The notes beneath the pieces are model-generated. The model searched no databases. It saw only the letters and a list, made by a program, of their open reading frames with translations, and was not told the DNA's origin. A program made the position numbers and the translations under genes. DNA of 64,000 nt from Leucoraja ocellata (taxonomy: Eukaryota), in assembly GCA_036785375.1 (NCBI GenBank), contig JAWMAR010000801.1, positions 434,001 to 498,000 of the forward strand, given 5' to 3'. Positions within the stretch are counted from its first letter, which is position 1, and each line of letters opens with the position of its first letter. This document shows, piece after piece, positions 12,101-27,100 of the stretch.

Positions 12101-15100
12101 AGGTGGACTCAGTTGTACCAGTTGTCAAAGATGTTGTTGGTGTTGTTCCTGGAGAGCAAATAGAAAAGCATTTACAAATTAAATTGCAAGAGTCACCAAT
12201 CAATTTCAGTACGACACTAGACATTTTGCTGAGACTGGGCTGAATTTTAACAATGTTCATTGCTCATGCCTAAGCAAAGGACATTTAGAAATGAACCAAA
12301 TTTTGCTTCATCATTTATCAAATGGAACGAAATCATGAAAAGACATTGTGATTTCTTGGAGAAAGTTCTGAACTCCTTCGTTGATCCATTTTGGAAAACA
12401 TGGAGCAGAAACAAAATTGTTTAATAACGTTTTCATGACCAAAAACTCCCAGAATAGTGGAAGAGGGGAAGGGAAGAAACTTTTCTACCAAAGTGAAAAT
12501 CCTTGTCAATCAGCAGCTGAATATTTCAGGGCCATCACAAACAATTTCAATTTCTTAATGTACCAACTTCAGATTTTGTGGAAGCTCAGCAGGTATTCTA
12601 AGAACTACTGATCAGAAATTTAGAACATAAGGAGCGTTAAAGAGCCACAGCTGGTGCAACTCCTACCTCACAGCACCAGAGACTTCAGATTGATTTGTTC
12701 CGTGGGTATTGTGTGCATGGAGATTACATGTACTCCCTGTTATGTGTGCCTTTCCTACAAGTGTCTGAAATATATTGTCACTAACCTGATGTAGTACTGG
12801 TAGTGTTCTCAGTTGTTGATGTAGTTGTTGGTGTTACTACTGAAAGAAAATAATGCAATATTCAACCAAGACAGACAAGAGGTATTGATATACAGCTAAC
12901 TGCTGGTAGTCAGGAAACCATCAGCAGGAATTCATATGCTAGCACCTTTATTAAAATGTTTAACAGAGAGCATTTTTTTCCTTCGTAGAAAAATTGGCCG
13001 GGCAAAATATACTTTTGATCAATCAGCTGCTGAATATTTCTGTGCCATAACAAATAAACCTGTTCTCTCTACACACCATTTGCGGATTTCCTGGTAGATC
13101 CACCGTCTACCAAAGACCGCAAGGTCTACTTAATAACATAATTTCTAATAGTATGGAATGTGTGCACTATGGGTAAGCATGTCTGTTCATATGTCCCATT
13201 GATACATGATCCTCAACTTGCGTAAAATGTGTTCATTATAATCATGGTTTTGTTTTTTGCTACGGAATGCCCAAAGAAAATGAGAAGCAGAAAACACCAA
13301 CTCATTTCCTTTACAAATCCGGACTATATTGAAATTGTGTCATAATTTGGTCAAATTGTTATGAGCAAACATTGACATCTTAACATGTATATTTGCACAA
13401 TTTATGCCAATAATGTAAGCAAATATGCAAGAACTAAGTCACAAAGCTGATGTTAGCAATGTTGGCTCATTCTTTGATTTGCCAATGTTTATTGAAAGTG
13501 GTTTGACTCACCTGTTGTGGAACTGGAGGTGGACTCAGTTGTACCAGTTGTCAAAGATGTTGTTGGTGTTGTTCCTGGAGAGTAAATAGAAAAACATTTA
13601 CAAATTGAATTGCAAAAGTCACCAATCAATTTCAATACGACACTGCACATTTTCCTGAGATTGGGCTGAATTTTAACAATGTTCATTGCTTGTGCCAAAG
13701 ACAAAGACATTTAGAAGCAAATTTTGCTTCGTCATTTATCAATTGGACCGAAATTATGAAAAGACATTGTGATTTTTCAAGGAAAGTTCTAAACTCCTTC
13801 GTTAATCAATTTTGGAAAAATCAATGAGCAGAAACAAAACTGTTTCACAGCGTTGCCATGACCTAAGCCTCCCGGAATAGTGGAAGAGGTGAAGGGAAGA
13901 GACCTATTCTATAAAAGTAAAAATTCTTATCCATGTCCACTGAAAGGTGCCAGTCTCAATGCTCTTTTTTAAATTATTGCAGGCAATCAGCACCAAAAGG
14001 CCTCCTTAATTCAGTAGTTGAATCTACATTTTTGTGGTGAGAATCTACATTTTTGGAATAAAGCAATGATCAAATGTTCCTGAAGAGGGTGCTATATAGA
14101 GCTTCACAAAACAAAGCACAGAGTCCTAAAGGAAAAGCTAACAAGATTGATAGACGATGTTACTAACCTGATGTAGTGCTGGTGGTGATCTCAGTTGTTG
14201 GTGTCGTTTCTAGTGAAAGAAAAGAATGCTGTATTCAAGTGGACAGCCAAGAGGAATTTGTACACAGTTCTTGAGCCATCAACAGGAATTCATGAGCTGG
14301 CACATTTTATGAAAACGTTTTACAAGTTGTCATTTTCTTCATCAGTGTATAAAGCATGCGGCCATACTATACGGCTGCATTACTATTTCCTTGTCAATCA
14401 GCAGCTGAATATTTCAGGGCCATCACAAATAATCCTGTTCTCTCTATACACCAGTTACAGATTTCCTGGAAGATCAACCGTTTTCCAATGACCGCAAGGT
14501 CTACTTAATACCATTATTTCTAATACCGTTATTCGTTGATCCATTTTTGAAAAATCTTTGAGCTGAAACAAAACAGTTTAACAGCGTTGCAATGACCAAA
14601 AACTCCCGGAATAGTGGAAGAGGCGAAGGGAAGAGACCTTATCTATAAAAGTGAAACTCCTTATCTATGTCTACTGAAAGGTGCCAGACTCAATGCTCTT
14701 TTTAAAATTTTTGTAGGCAATCAGCACTAAAAGGCCTCCTTAATTCGGTAGTTTAATCTATATTTTCGTGGTGAGAATCTACATTTTTGGAATAAAACAA
14801 TGAACAAATATTCCTGAAGAGGGTGCTATATAGAGCTTCACTAAACAAAGCACAGAGTCCTAAAGGAAAAGCTAACAAGATTGATAGATGTTACTAACCT
14901 GATGTAGTGCTGGTTGTGGTCTCGGTTGTTGGTGTCGTTTCTAGTGAAAGAAAATAATGTTGTATTCAAGTGGGGCAGCCAAGATAAATTGTACGTAGTT
15001 ATACAGCCATCAACAGGTATTCATGGGCTGGCACATTTTATTAAAACCTTTTATCAGTTGTCATTTTCTTCATCATTGAATAAAACGGTTTAGAATCCTT

Positions 15101-18100
15101 CAACAAGAATTTAACAACTGGCACCTTTTAATAAAACATGTTACACTTGATATTTCCTTCATCGTAGAAAAACGTAGGAGGACATAATATGCTGCTAAAT
15201 TTATTTATCTCTGTCAATTAGCATATTAATATTTCCCTGCCATCTCGAACAATCACGACACATCGATTGCGGATATCCCTGCGTATCGAAACACGTCTTC
15301 CATACAGTGTATGGTCTTCTTTAGGCCATTATTACTAGCAGTATAGTTTCACGATTCATGCCCATAATGTGAGCGAAGATCAAAGAATGGAGCCACAGTG
15401 CTGATGTTAGAAATGTTGCCCCATTGTCTAAAGATTAGCCAATGTTTACTAAAAGTGGTTTGACTCACCTGTTGTGGAACTGGTGGTGGACTCAGTTGAG
15501 CCAGTTGTCAAAGATGTTGTTGGTGTTGTTCCTGGAGAGCAAATAGAAAAAAAAATTACAGATTGAATTGCAAGAGTCAGCAATCAATTTCAGTAGGACT
15601 CTGCACATTTCCCTGAGACTGGGATGAATGTTATCAATGTTCATTGCTCATGCCTAAGCAAAGGACATTTAGAAATGAACCAAATTTTGCTTCATCATTT
15701 ATCAAATGGAACGAAATCATGAAAAGACATTGTGATTTCTTGGAGAAAGTTCTGAACTCCTTCGTTGATCCATTTTGGAAAACATGGAGCAGAAACAAAA
15801 TTGTTTAATAACGTTTTCATGACCAAAAACTCCCAGAATAGTGGAAGAGGGGAAGGGAAGAAACTTTTCTACCAAAGTGAAAATCCTTGTCAATCAGCAG
15901 CTGAATATTTCAGGGCCATCACAAACAATTTCAATTTCTTAATGTACCAACTTCAGATTTTGTGGAAGCTCAGCAAGTATTCTAAGAACTACTGATCAGA
16001 AATTTAGAACATAAGGAGCGGTAAAGTGCCACAGCTGGGGCAACTCCTACCTCACAGCACCAGAGACTTCAGATTGATTTGTTCCGTGGGTGTTGTGTCC
16101 ATGGAGATTACATGTACTCGCTGTTATGTGTGCCTTTCCTACAAGTGTCTGAAATATATTGTCACTAACCTGATGTAGTACTGGTAGTGGTCTCAGTTGT
16201 TGATGTAGTTGTTGGTGTTTCTAGTGAAAGAAAAGAATGCAATATTCAACCAAGACAGCAAGGTGGAATTGGTATACAGCTAACTATTGATAGTCAGGAA
16301 ACAATCAGCAGGAATTCATATGCTGGCACACTTAATTAAAATGTTTATCAGATGGCATTTTGATTCTTCATTGAATAAAATGGCAGGGCAAAATATACTT
16401 TTGATCAATCAGCGGCTGAATATTTCTGTGCCATCACAAATAATCCCGTTCTCTCTATACACCAGTTGCAGATTTCCTGGAAGATCAACCGTTTTCCAAT
16501 GACCGCAATGTCTACTTAATACCATAATTTTGAATAGTATGCAATGCGTGTACTATTGGTAAGCATGTCTGTTTATATGTCCCATTGATACATGATCCTC
16601 AACTTGCGTAAAATGTGTTCATTCGAATCATAGTTTTGTTTTTTTGCTACGGAATGTCCGAAGAAATTGAGAAGCAGAAAACACCAACTTATATCCTCCA
16701 CAAATCCGAACTATTTTGAAATTGTGCAATAATGTGGTCAAATTGTTATGAGCCAAACATTGACATCTTAACATGTATATTTGCACAATTTATGCCAATA
16801 ATGTAAGCAAATATGCAAGAAGTAAGTCACAAAGCTGATGTTAGCAATGTTGGCTCATTGTCTTTGATTTGCCAATGTTTATTGAAAGTGGTTTGACTCA
16901 CCTGTTGTGGAACTGGAGGTGGACTCAGTTGTACCAGTTGTCAAAGATGTTGTTGGTGTTGTTCCTGGAGAGCAAATAGAAAAGCATTTACAAATTAAAT
17001 TGCAAGAGTCACCAATCAATTTCAGTACGACACTAGAGATTTTGCTGAGACTGGGATGAATGTTATCAATGTTCATTGCTCATGCCTAAGCAAAGGACAT
17101 TTAGAAATGAACCAAATTTTGCTTCATCATTTATCAAATGGAACGAAATCATGAAAAGACATTGTGATTTCTTGGAGAAAGCTCTGAACTCCTTCGTTGA
17201 TCCATTTTGGAAAATCATGGAGCAGAAACAAAATTGTTTAATAACGTTTTCATGACCAAAAACTCCCAGAATAGTGGAAGAGGGGAAGGGAAGAAACTTT
17301 TCTACCAAAGTGAAAATCCTTGTCAATCAGCAGCTGAATATTTCAGGGCCATCACAAACAATTTCAATTTCTTAATGTACCAACTTCAGATTTTGTGGAA
17401 GCTCAGCAGGTATTCTAAGAACTACTGATCAGAAATTTAGAACATAAGGAGCGGTAAAGTGCCACAGCTGGTGCAACTCCTACCTCACAGCACCAGAGAC
17501 TTCAGATTGATTTGTTCCGTGGGTATTGTGTGCATGGAGATTACATGTACTCCCTGTTATGTGTGCCTTTCCTACAAGTGTCTGAAATATATTGTCACTA
17601 ACCTGATGTAGTACTGGTAGTGTTCTCAGTTGTTGATGTAGTTGTTGGTGTTACTACTGAAAGAAAATAATGCAATATTCAACCAAGACAGACAAGAGGT
17701 ATTGATATACAGCTAACTGCTGGTAGTCAGGAAACCATCAGCAGGAATTCATATGCTAGCACCTTTATTAAAATGTTTAACAGAGAGCATTTTTTTCCTT
17801 CGTAGAAAAATTGGCCGGGCATAATATACTTTTGATCAATCAGCTGCTGAATATTTCTGTGCCATAACAAATAAACCTGTTCTCTCTACACACCATTTGC
17901 GGATTTCCTGGTAGATCCACCGTCTACCAAAGACCGCAAGGTCTATTTAATAACATAATTTCTAATAGTATGGAATGTGTGCACTATGGGTAAGCATGTC
18001 TGTTCATATGTCCCATTGATACATAATCCTCAACTTGCGTAAAATGTGTTCATTATAATCATGGTTTTGATTTTTGCTACGGAATGCCCAAAGAAAATGA

Positions 18101-21100
18101 GAAGCAGAAAACACCAACTCATTTCCTTTACAAATCCGGACTATATTGAAATTGTGTCATAATTTGGTCAAATTGTTATGAGCAAACATTGACATCTTAA
18201 CATGTATATTTGCACAATTTATGCCAATAATGTAAGCAAATATGCAAGAACTAAGTCACAAAGCTGATGTTAGCAACTTTGGCTCATTGTCTTTGATTTG
18301 CCAATGTTTATTGAAAGTGGTTTGACTCACCTGTTGTGGAACTGGAGGTGGACTCAGTTGTACCAGTTGTCAAAGATGTTGTTGGTGTTGTTCCTGGAGA
18401 GTAAATAGAAAAACATTTACAAATTGAATTGCAAAAGTCACCAATCAATTTCAATACGACACTGCACATTTTCCTGAGATTGGGCTGAATTTTAACAATG
18501 TTCATTGCTTGTGCCAAAGACAAAGACATTTAGAAGCAAATTTTGCTTCGTCATTTATCAATTGGACCGAAATTATGAAAAGACATTGTGATTTTTCAAG
18601 GAAAGTTCTAAACTCCTTCGTTGATCAATTTTGGAAAAATCAATGAGCAGAAACAAAACTGTTTCACAGCGTTGCCATGACCTAAGCCTCCCGGAATAGT
18701 GGAAGAGGTGAAGGGAAGAGACCTATTCTATAAAAGTAAAAATTCTTATCCATGTCCACTGAAAGGTGCCAATCTCAATGCTCTTTTTTAAAATTATTGC
18801 AGGCAATCAGCACCAAAAGGCCTCCTTAATTCAGTAGTTGAATCTACATTTTTTGTGGTGAGAATCTACATTTTTGGAATAAAGCAATGATCAAATGTTC
18901 CTGAAGAGGGTGCTATATAGAGCTTCACAAAACAAAGCACAGAGTCCTAAAGGAAAAGCTAACAAGATTGATAGATGATGTTACTAACCTGATGTAGTGC
19001 TGGTGGTGATCTCAGTTGTTGGTGTCGTTTCTAGTGAAAGAAAAGAATGCTGTATTCAAGTGGACAGCCAAGAGGAATTTGTACACAGTTCTTGAGCCAT
19101 CAACAGGAATTCATGAGCTGGCACATTTTATGAAAACGTTTTACAAGTTGTCATTTTCTTCATCAGTGTATAAAGCATGCGGCCATACTATACGGCTGCA
19201 TTACTATTTCCTTGTCAATCAGCAGCTGAATATTTCAGGGCCATCACAAATAATCCTGTTCTCTCTATACACCAGTTACAGATTTCCTGGAAGATCAACC
19301 GTTTTCCAATGACCGCAAGGTCTACTTAATACCATTATTTCTAATACCGTTATTCGTTGATCCATTTTTGAAAAATCTTTGAGCTGAAACAAAACAGTTT
19401 AACAGCGTTGCAATGACCAAAAACTCCCGGAATAGTGGAAGAGGCGAAGGGAAGAGACCTTATCTATAAAAGTGAAACTCCTTATCTATGTCTACTGAAA
19501 GGTGCCAGACTCAATGCTCTTTTTAAAATTTTTGTAGGCAATCAGCACTAAAAGGCCTCCTTAATTCGGTAGTTTAATCTATATTTTCGTGGTGAGAATC
19601 TACATTTTTGGATTAAAACAATGAACAAATATTCCTGAAGAGGGTGCTATATAGAGCTTCACTAAACAAAGCACAGAGTCCTAAAGGAAAAGCTAACAAG
19701 ATTGATAGATGTTACTAACCTGATGTAGTGCTGGTTGTGGTCTCGGTTGTTGGTGTCGTTTCTAGTGAAAGAAAATAATGTTGTATTCAAGTGGGGCAGC
19801 CAAGATAAATTGTACGTAGTTATACAGCCATCAACAGGTATTCATGGGCTGGCACATTTTATTAAAACCTTTTATCAGTTGTCATTTTCTTCATCATTGA
19901 ATAAAACGTTTGCCATACTATACGTCTGAATTACTTTTTCCTTGTCTTTCAGAAATTGCAGCTGATCAGGCGTTTAGAAAGATTGAGTTGGCACAGATGT
20001 GCAGCTGGAAGAACTGCAGCCTCATGGTGTTAGGGATTTGTATTCTATCCTGACCTCGGGTGCTGTCTAGGCTGGGATTGCACGTTCTCCCTTTCACTGC
20101 CTGTGATCCCCCCAAGTTTTTAACAGAGGATGATACTGACCTGATGTAGTGGTGGTCCCAGATGTTGATGGAGTTATTTCTAGTGAAATAAAAAAATGTT
20201 ATGTTTCACCGAGACAAACAAGAGGAATTGTTATGCAGTTTAGAATCCTTCAACAAGAATTTATCAACTGCTACCTTTTAATAAAACATGTTACACTTGA
20301 TATTTCCTTCATCGTAGAAAAACGTAGGAGGACATAGTATGCTGCTAAATTTATTTATCTGTCAATTAGCATATTAATATTTCCCTGCCATCTCGAACAA
20401 TCACGACACATCGATTGTGGATATCCCTGCGTATCGAAACACGTCTTCCATACACTGTATGGTCTTCTTTACGCCATTATTACTAGCAGTATAGTTTCAC
20501 GATTCATGCCCATAATGTGAGCGAAGATCAAAGAATGGAGCCACAGTGCTGATGTTAGAAATGTTGCCCCATTGTCTAAAGATTAGCCAATGTTTACTAA
20601 AAGTGGTTTGACTCACCTGTTGTGGAACTGGTGGTGGACTCAGTTGAGCCAGTTGTCAAAGATGTTGTTGGTGTTGTTCCTGGAGAGCAAATAGAAAAGA
20701 AATTACAGATTGAATTGCAAGAGTCAGCAATCAATTGCAGTAGGACTCTGCACATTTTCCTGAGACTGGGATGAATGTTATCAATGTTCATTGCTCATGC
20801 CTAAGCAAAGGACATTTAGAAATGAACCAAATTTTGCTTCATCATTTATCAAATGGAACGAAATCATGAAAAGACATTGTGATTTCTTAAAGAAAGTTCT
20901 GAACTCCTTCGTTGATCCATTTTGGAAAATCATGGAGCAGAAACAAAATTGTTTAATAACGTTTTCATGACCAAAAACTCCCAGAATAGTGGAAGAGGGG
21001 AAGGGAAGAAACTTTTCTACCAAAGTGAAAATCCTTGTCAATCAGCAGCTGAATATTTCAGGGCCATCACAAACAATTTCAATTTCTTAATGTACCAACT

Positions 21101-24100
21101 TCAGATTTTGTGGAAGCTCAGCAAGTATTCTAAGAACTACTGATCAGAAATTTAGAACATAAGGAGCGGTAAAGTGCCACAGCTGGGGCAACTCCTACCT
21201 CACAGCACCAGAGACTTCAGATTGATTTGTTCCGTGGGTGTTGTGTCCATGGAGATTACATGTACTCGCTGTTATGTTTGCCTTTCCTACAAGTGTCTGA
21301 AATATATTGTCACTAACCTGATGTAGTACTGGTAGTGGTCTCAGTTGTTGATGTAGTTGTTGGTGTTTCTAGTGAAAGAAAAGAATGCAATATTCAACCA
21401 AGACAGCAAGGTGGAATTGGTATACAGCTAACTATTGATAGTCAGGAAACAATCAGCAGGAATTCATATGCTAGCACACTTAATTAAAATGTTTATCAGA
21501 TGGCATTTTGATTCTTCATTGAATAAAATGGCAGGGCAAAATATACTTTTGATCAATCAGCGGCTGAATATTTCTGTGCCATCACAAATAATCCTGTTCT
21601 CTCTATACACCAGTTGCAGATTTCCTGGAAGATCAACCGTTTTCCAATGACCGCAATGTCTACTTAATACCATAATTTTGAATAGTATGCAATGTGTGTA
21701 CTATTGGTAAGCATGTCTGTTTATTTGTCCCATTGATACATGATCCTCAACTTGCGTAAAATGTGTTCATTCGAATCATAGTTTTCTTTTTTGCTACGGA
21801 ATGTCCGATGAAATTGAGAAGCAGAAAACACCAACTTATATCCTCCACAAATCCGAACTATTTTGAAATTGTGCAATAATGTGGTCAAATTGTTATGAGC
21901 CAAACATTGACATCTTAACATGTATATTTGCACAATTTATGCCAATAACGTATGCAAATATGCAAGAAGTAACTCACAAAGCTGATGTTAGCAATGTTGG
22001 CTCATTGTCTTTGATTTGCCAATGTTTATTGAAAGTGGTTTGACTCGCCTGTTGTGGAACTGGAGGTGGACTCAGTTGTACCAGTTGTCAAAGATGTTGT
22101 TGGTGTTGTTCCTGGAGAGCAAATAGAAAAGCATTTACAAATTAAATTGCAAGTCACCAATCAATTTCAGTACGACACTGCACATTTTGCTGAGACTGGG
22201 CTGAATTTTAACAATGTTCATTGCTCGTGCCTAAGCAAAGGACATTTAGAAGTTAAACAAATTTTGCTTCGTCATTTATCAATTGGACCGAAATTATGAA
22301 AAGACATTGTGATTTTTTAAAGAAAGATCTAAACTCCTTCATTGATCCATTTTGGAAAAATCGTTGATCAGAAACAAATCTGTTTCACAGCATTGCCATG
22401 ACCAAAAACTCCCGGAATAGTGGGAGTGGCGAAGGGAAGAGACTATTTCTATAAAAGTGAAAATTCTTATCCATGTCTACTGAAACATTCCAGCCTGAAT
22501 GCTCTTTTAAAAATTATAGTGGTCTTCCAGCTCCAAAGGGCCTCCTTAATTTGGCAGTAGCTTCTAAATTTACATGGTGAGAAACTACATTTTTGGAATA
22601 AAGCAATGGACAAATGTTCCTGAAGAGGGTGCTATATAGAGCTTCACTAAACAAAGCACAGAGTCCAAAAGTAAAATCTAACAAGAATGATAGATGATGT
22701 TACTAACCTGAAGTAGTGCTGGTGGTGGTCTCAGTTGTTGGTGTCGTTTCTAGTGAAAGAAAATAATGCTGTATTCAAGTGGGGCAGCCAAGAGGAATTG
22801 TTTCACAGTTATAAAGCCATCAACAGGAATTCATGAGCTGGCACATTTTATGAAAATGTTTTACTATATAGATTGGTTACTTCTTACTAATGTAAGCGAA
22901 GATAAACTGCTCAGCAAAAACAGATTGTGTCCCTCGCGCCCTCTCCAAGGAGTTCAGCGCCCAGCTCGCCTATTTCACCACCTCCACTAGGTGGGTCTCC
23001 GGTGCCGTCCCCGGCCACTTCCCCGTCACTTCACCGATGAATTGAATAAGGAGTGAGGCCGTACTATACGGCTGCATTACTATTTCCTGGTCAATCAGCA
23101 GCTGAATATTTCAGGCCATCACAAACATTTTCAATTTCTTAATGTACCAAGTTCAGATTTTGTGGAAGCTCAGCAAGTATTCCAAGAACTACTGATCAGA
23201 ACATTATAACATAAGGAGCGGTAAAGTGCCACAGCCGGTGCAACTCTTTCCTCAAAGCACCAGAGACTTCAGATTGATTTATTCCATGGGTGTTGTGTGC
23301 ATGGAGATTATATCTACCTGTTATGTGTGCCTTTCCTACAATTAACTGAAATATATTGTCATTAACCTGATGTAGTACTGGTAGTGGTCTCAGTTGTTGA
23401 TGTAGTAGTTGGTCTTCAAGGGAGATGCTAAATGCATTTCGTTGTCTCTGTACTGTACACTGACAATGAAAATTAAAATTGAATCTGAATCTGAATCTGG
23501 TGTTACTACTGAAAGAAAATAATGCAATATTCAACCAAGACAGCCAAGCGGTATTGATATACAGCTAACTGCTGGTAGTCAGGAAACCATCAGCAGGAAT
23601 TCATATGCTAGCACCTTTATTAAAATGTTTAACAGAGAGCATTTTTTTCCTTCGTAGAAAAATTGGCCGGGCAAAATATACTTTTGATCAATCAGCTGCT
23701 GAATATTTCTGTGCCATAACAAATAAACCTGTTCTCTCTACACACCATTTGCGGATTTCCTGGTAGATCCACCGTCTACCAAAGACCGCAAGGTCTACTT
23801 AATACCATAATTTCTAATAGTATGGAATGTGTGCAATATGGGTAAGCATGTCTGTTCATATGTCCCATTGATACATGATCCTCAACTTGCGTAAAATGTG
23901 TTCATTATAATCATGGTTTTGTTTTTTGCTACGGAATGCCCAAAGAAAATGAGAAGCAGAAAACACCAACTCATTTCCTTCACAAATCCGGACTATATTG
24001 AAATGGTGTCATAATTTGGTCAAATTGTTATGAGCCAAACATTGACATCTTAACATGTATATTTGCACAATTTATGTCAATAATGTATGCAAATATGCAA

Positions 24101-27100
24101 GAAGTAAGTCACAAAGCTGATGTTAGCAATGTTGGCTCATTGTCTTTGATTTGCCGATGTTTATTGAAAGTGGTTTGACTCACCTGTTGTGGAACTGGAG
24201 GTGGACTCAGTTGTACCAGTTGTCAAAGATGTTGTTGGTGTTGTTCCTGGAGAGTAAATAGAAAAACATTTACAAATTGAATTGCAAAAGTCACCAATCA
24301 ATTTCAGTACGACACTGCACATTTTCCTGAGATTGGGTTGAATTTTAACAATGTTCATTGCTCGTGCCAAAGACAAAGACATTTAGAAGCAAATTTTGCT
24401 TCGTCATTTATCAATTGGCCCGAAATTATGAAAAGACATTGTGATTTTTCAAGGAAAGTTCTAAACTCCTTCGTTGATCAATTTTGGAAAAAATCAATGA
24501 GCAGAAACAAAACTGTTTCACAGCGTTGCCATGACCTAAGCCTCCCGGAATAGTGGAAGGGGTGAAGGGAAGAGACCTATTCTATAAAAGTAAAAATCCT
24601 TATCCATGTCCACTGAAAGGTGCCAGTCTCAATGCTCTTTTTTAAATTATTACAGGCAATCAGCACCAAAAGGCCTCCTTAATTCAGTAGTTGAAACTAC
24701 ATTTTCGTGGTGAGAAACTACATTTTTGGAATAAAGCAATGATCAAATGTTCCTGAAGAGGGTGCTATATAGAGCTTCACAAAACAAAGCACAGAGTCCT
24801 AAAGGAAAAGCTAACAAGATTGATAGATGATGTTACTAACCTGATGTAGTGCTGGTGGTGATCTCAGTTGTTGGTGTCGTTTCTAGTGAAAGAAAAGAAT
24901 GCTGTATTCAAGTGGACAGCCAAGAGGAATTTGTACACAGTTCTTGAGCCATCAACAGGAATTCATGAGCTGGCACATTTTATGAAAATGTTTTACAAGT
25001 TGTAATTTTCTTCATCAGTGTATAAAGCATGCGGCCATACTATACGGCTGCATTACTATTTCCTTGTCAATCAGCAGCTGAATATTTCAGGGCCATCACA
25101 AATAATCCTGTTCTCTCTATACACCAGTTACAGATTTCCTGGAAGATCAACCGTTTTCCAATGACCGCAAGGTCTACTTAATACCATTATTTCTAATACC
25201 GTTATTCGTTGATCCATTTTTGAAAAATCTTTGAGCTGAAACAAAACAGTTTAACAGCGTTGCAATGACCAAAAACTCCCGGAATAGTGGAAGAGGCGAA
25301 GGGGAGAGACCTTATCTATAAAAGTGAAAATCCTTATCTATGTCTACTGAAATGTGCTAGACTCAATGCTCTTTTTAAAATTTTTGCAGGCAATCAGCAC
25401 TAAAAGGCCTCCTTAATTCGGTAGTTTAATCTATATTTTCGTGGTGAGAATCTACATTTTTGGAATAAACCAATGAACAAATATTCCTGAAGAGGGTGCT
25501 ATATAGAGCTTCACTAAACAAAGCACAGAGTCCTAAAGGAAAAGCTAACAAGATTGATAGATGTTACTAACCTGATGTAGTGCTGGTTGTGGTCTCAGTT
25601 GTTGGTGTCGTTTCTAGTGAAAGAAAATAATGTTGTATTCAAGTGGGGCAGCCAAGAGTAAATTGTACGCAGTTATACAGCCATCAACAGGTATTCATGG
25701 GCTGGCACATTTTATTAAAACCTTTTATCAGTTGTCATTTTCTTCATCATTGAATAAAACGTTTGCCATACTATACGTCTGAATTACTTTTTCCTTGTCT
25801 TTCAGAAATTGCAGCTGATCAGGCGTTTAGAAAGATTGAGTTGGCACAGATGTGCAGCTGGAAGAACTGCAGCCTCATGGTGTTAGGGATTTGTATTCTA
25901 TCCTGACCTCGGGTGCTGTCTAGGCTGGGATTGCACGTTCTCCCTTTCACTGCCTGTGATCCCCCCAAGTTTTTAACAGAGGATGATACTGACCTGATGT
26001 AGTGGTGGTCCCAGATGTTGATGGAGTTATTTCTAGTGAAATAAAAAAATGTTATGTTCCACCGAGACAAACAAGAGGAATTGTTATGCAGTTTAGAATC
26101 CTTCAACAAGAATTTATCAACTGCTACCTTTTAATAAAACATGTTACACTTGATATTTCCTTCATCGTAGAAAAACGTAGGAGGACATAATATGCTGCTA
26201 AATTTATTTATCTGTCAATTAGCATATTAATATTTCCCTGCCATCTCGAACAATCACGACACATCGATTGTGGATATCCCTGCGTATCGAAACACGTCTT
26301 CCATACACTGTATGGTCTTCTTTACGCCATTATTACTAGCAGTATAGTTTCACGATTCATGCCCATAATGTGAGCGAAGATCAAAGAATGGAGCCACAGT
26401 GCTGATGTTAGAAATGTTGCCCCATTGTCTAAAGATTAGCCAATGTTTACTAAAAGTGGTTTGACTCACCTGTTGTGGAACTGGTGGTGGACTCAGTTGA
26501 GCCAGTTGTCAAAGATGTTGTTGGTGTTGTTCCTGGAGAGCAAATAGAAAAGAAATTACAGATTGAATTGCAAGAGTCAGCAATCAATTTCAGTAGGAGT
26601 CTGCACATTTTCCTGAGACTGGGATGAATGTTATCAATGTTCATTGCTCATGCCTAAGCAAAGGACATTTAGAAATGAACCAAATTTTGCTTCATCATTT
26701 ATCAAATGGAACGAAATCATGAAAAGACATTGTGATTTCTTGAAGAAAGTTCTGAACTCCTTCGTTGATCCATTTTGGAAAATCATGGAGCAGAAACAAA
26801 ATTGTTTAATAACGTTTTCATGACCAAAAACTCCCAGAATAGTGGAAGAGGGGAAGGGAAGAAACTTTTCTACCAAAGTGAAAATCCTTGTCAATCAGCA
26901 GCTGAATATTTCAGGGCCATCACAAACAATTTCAATTTCTTAATGTACCAACTTCAGATTTTGTGGAAGCTCAGCAAGTATTCTAAGAACTACTGATCAG
27001 AAATTTAGAACATAAGGAGCGGTAAAGTGCCACAGCTGGGGCAACTCCTACCTCACAGCACCAGAGACTTCAGATTGATTTGTTCCGTGGGTGTTGTGTC

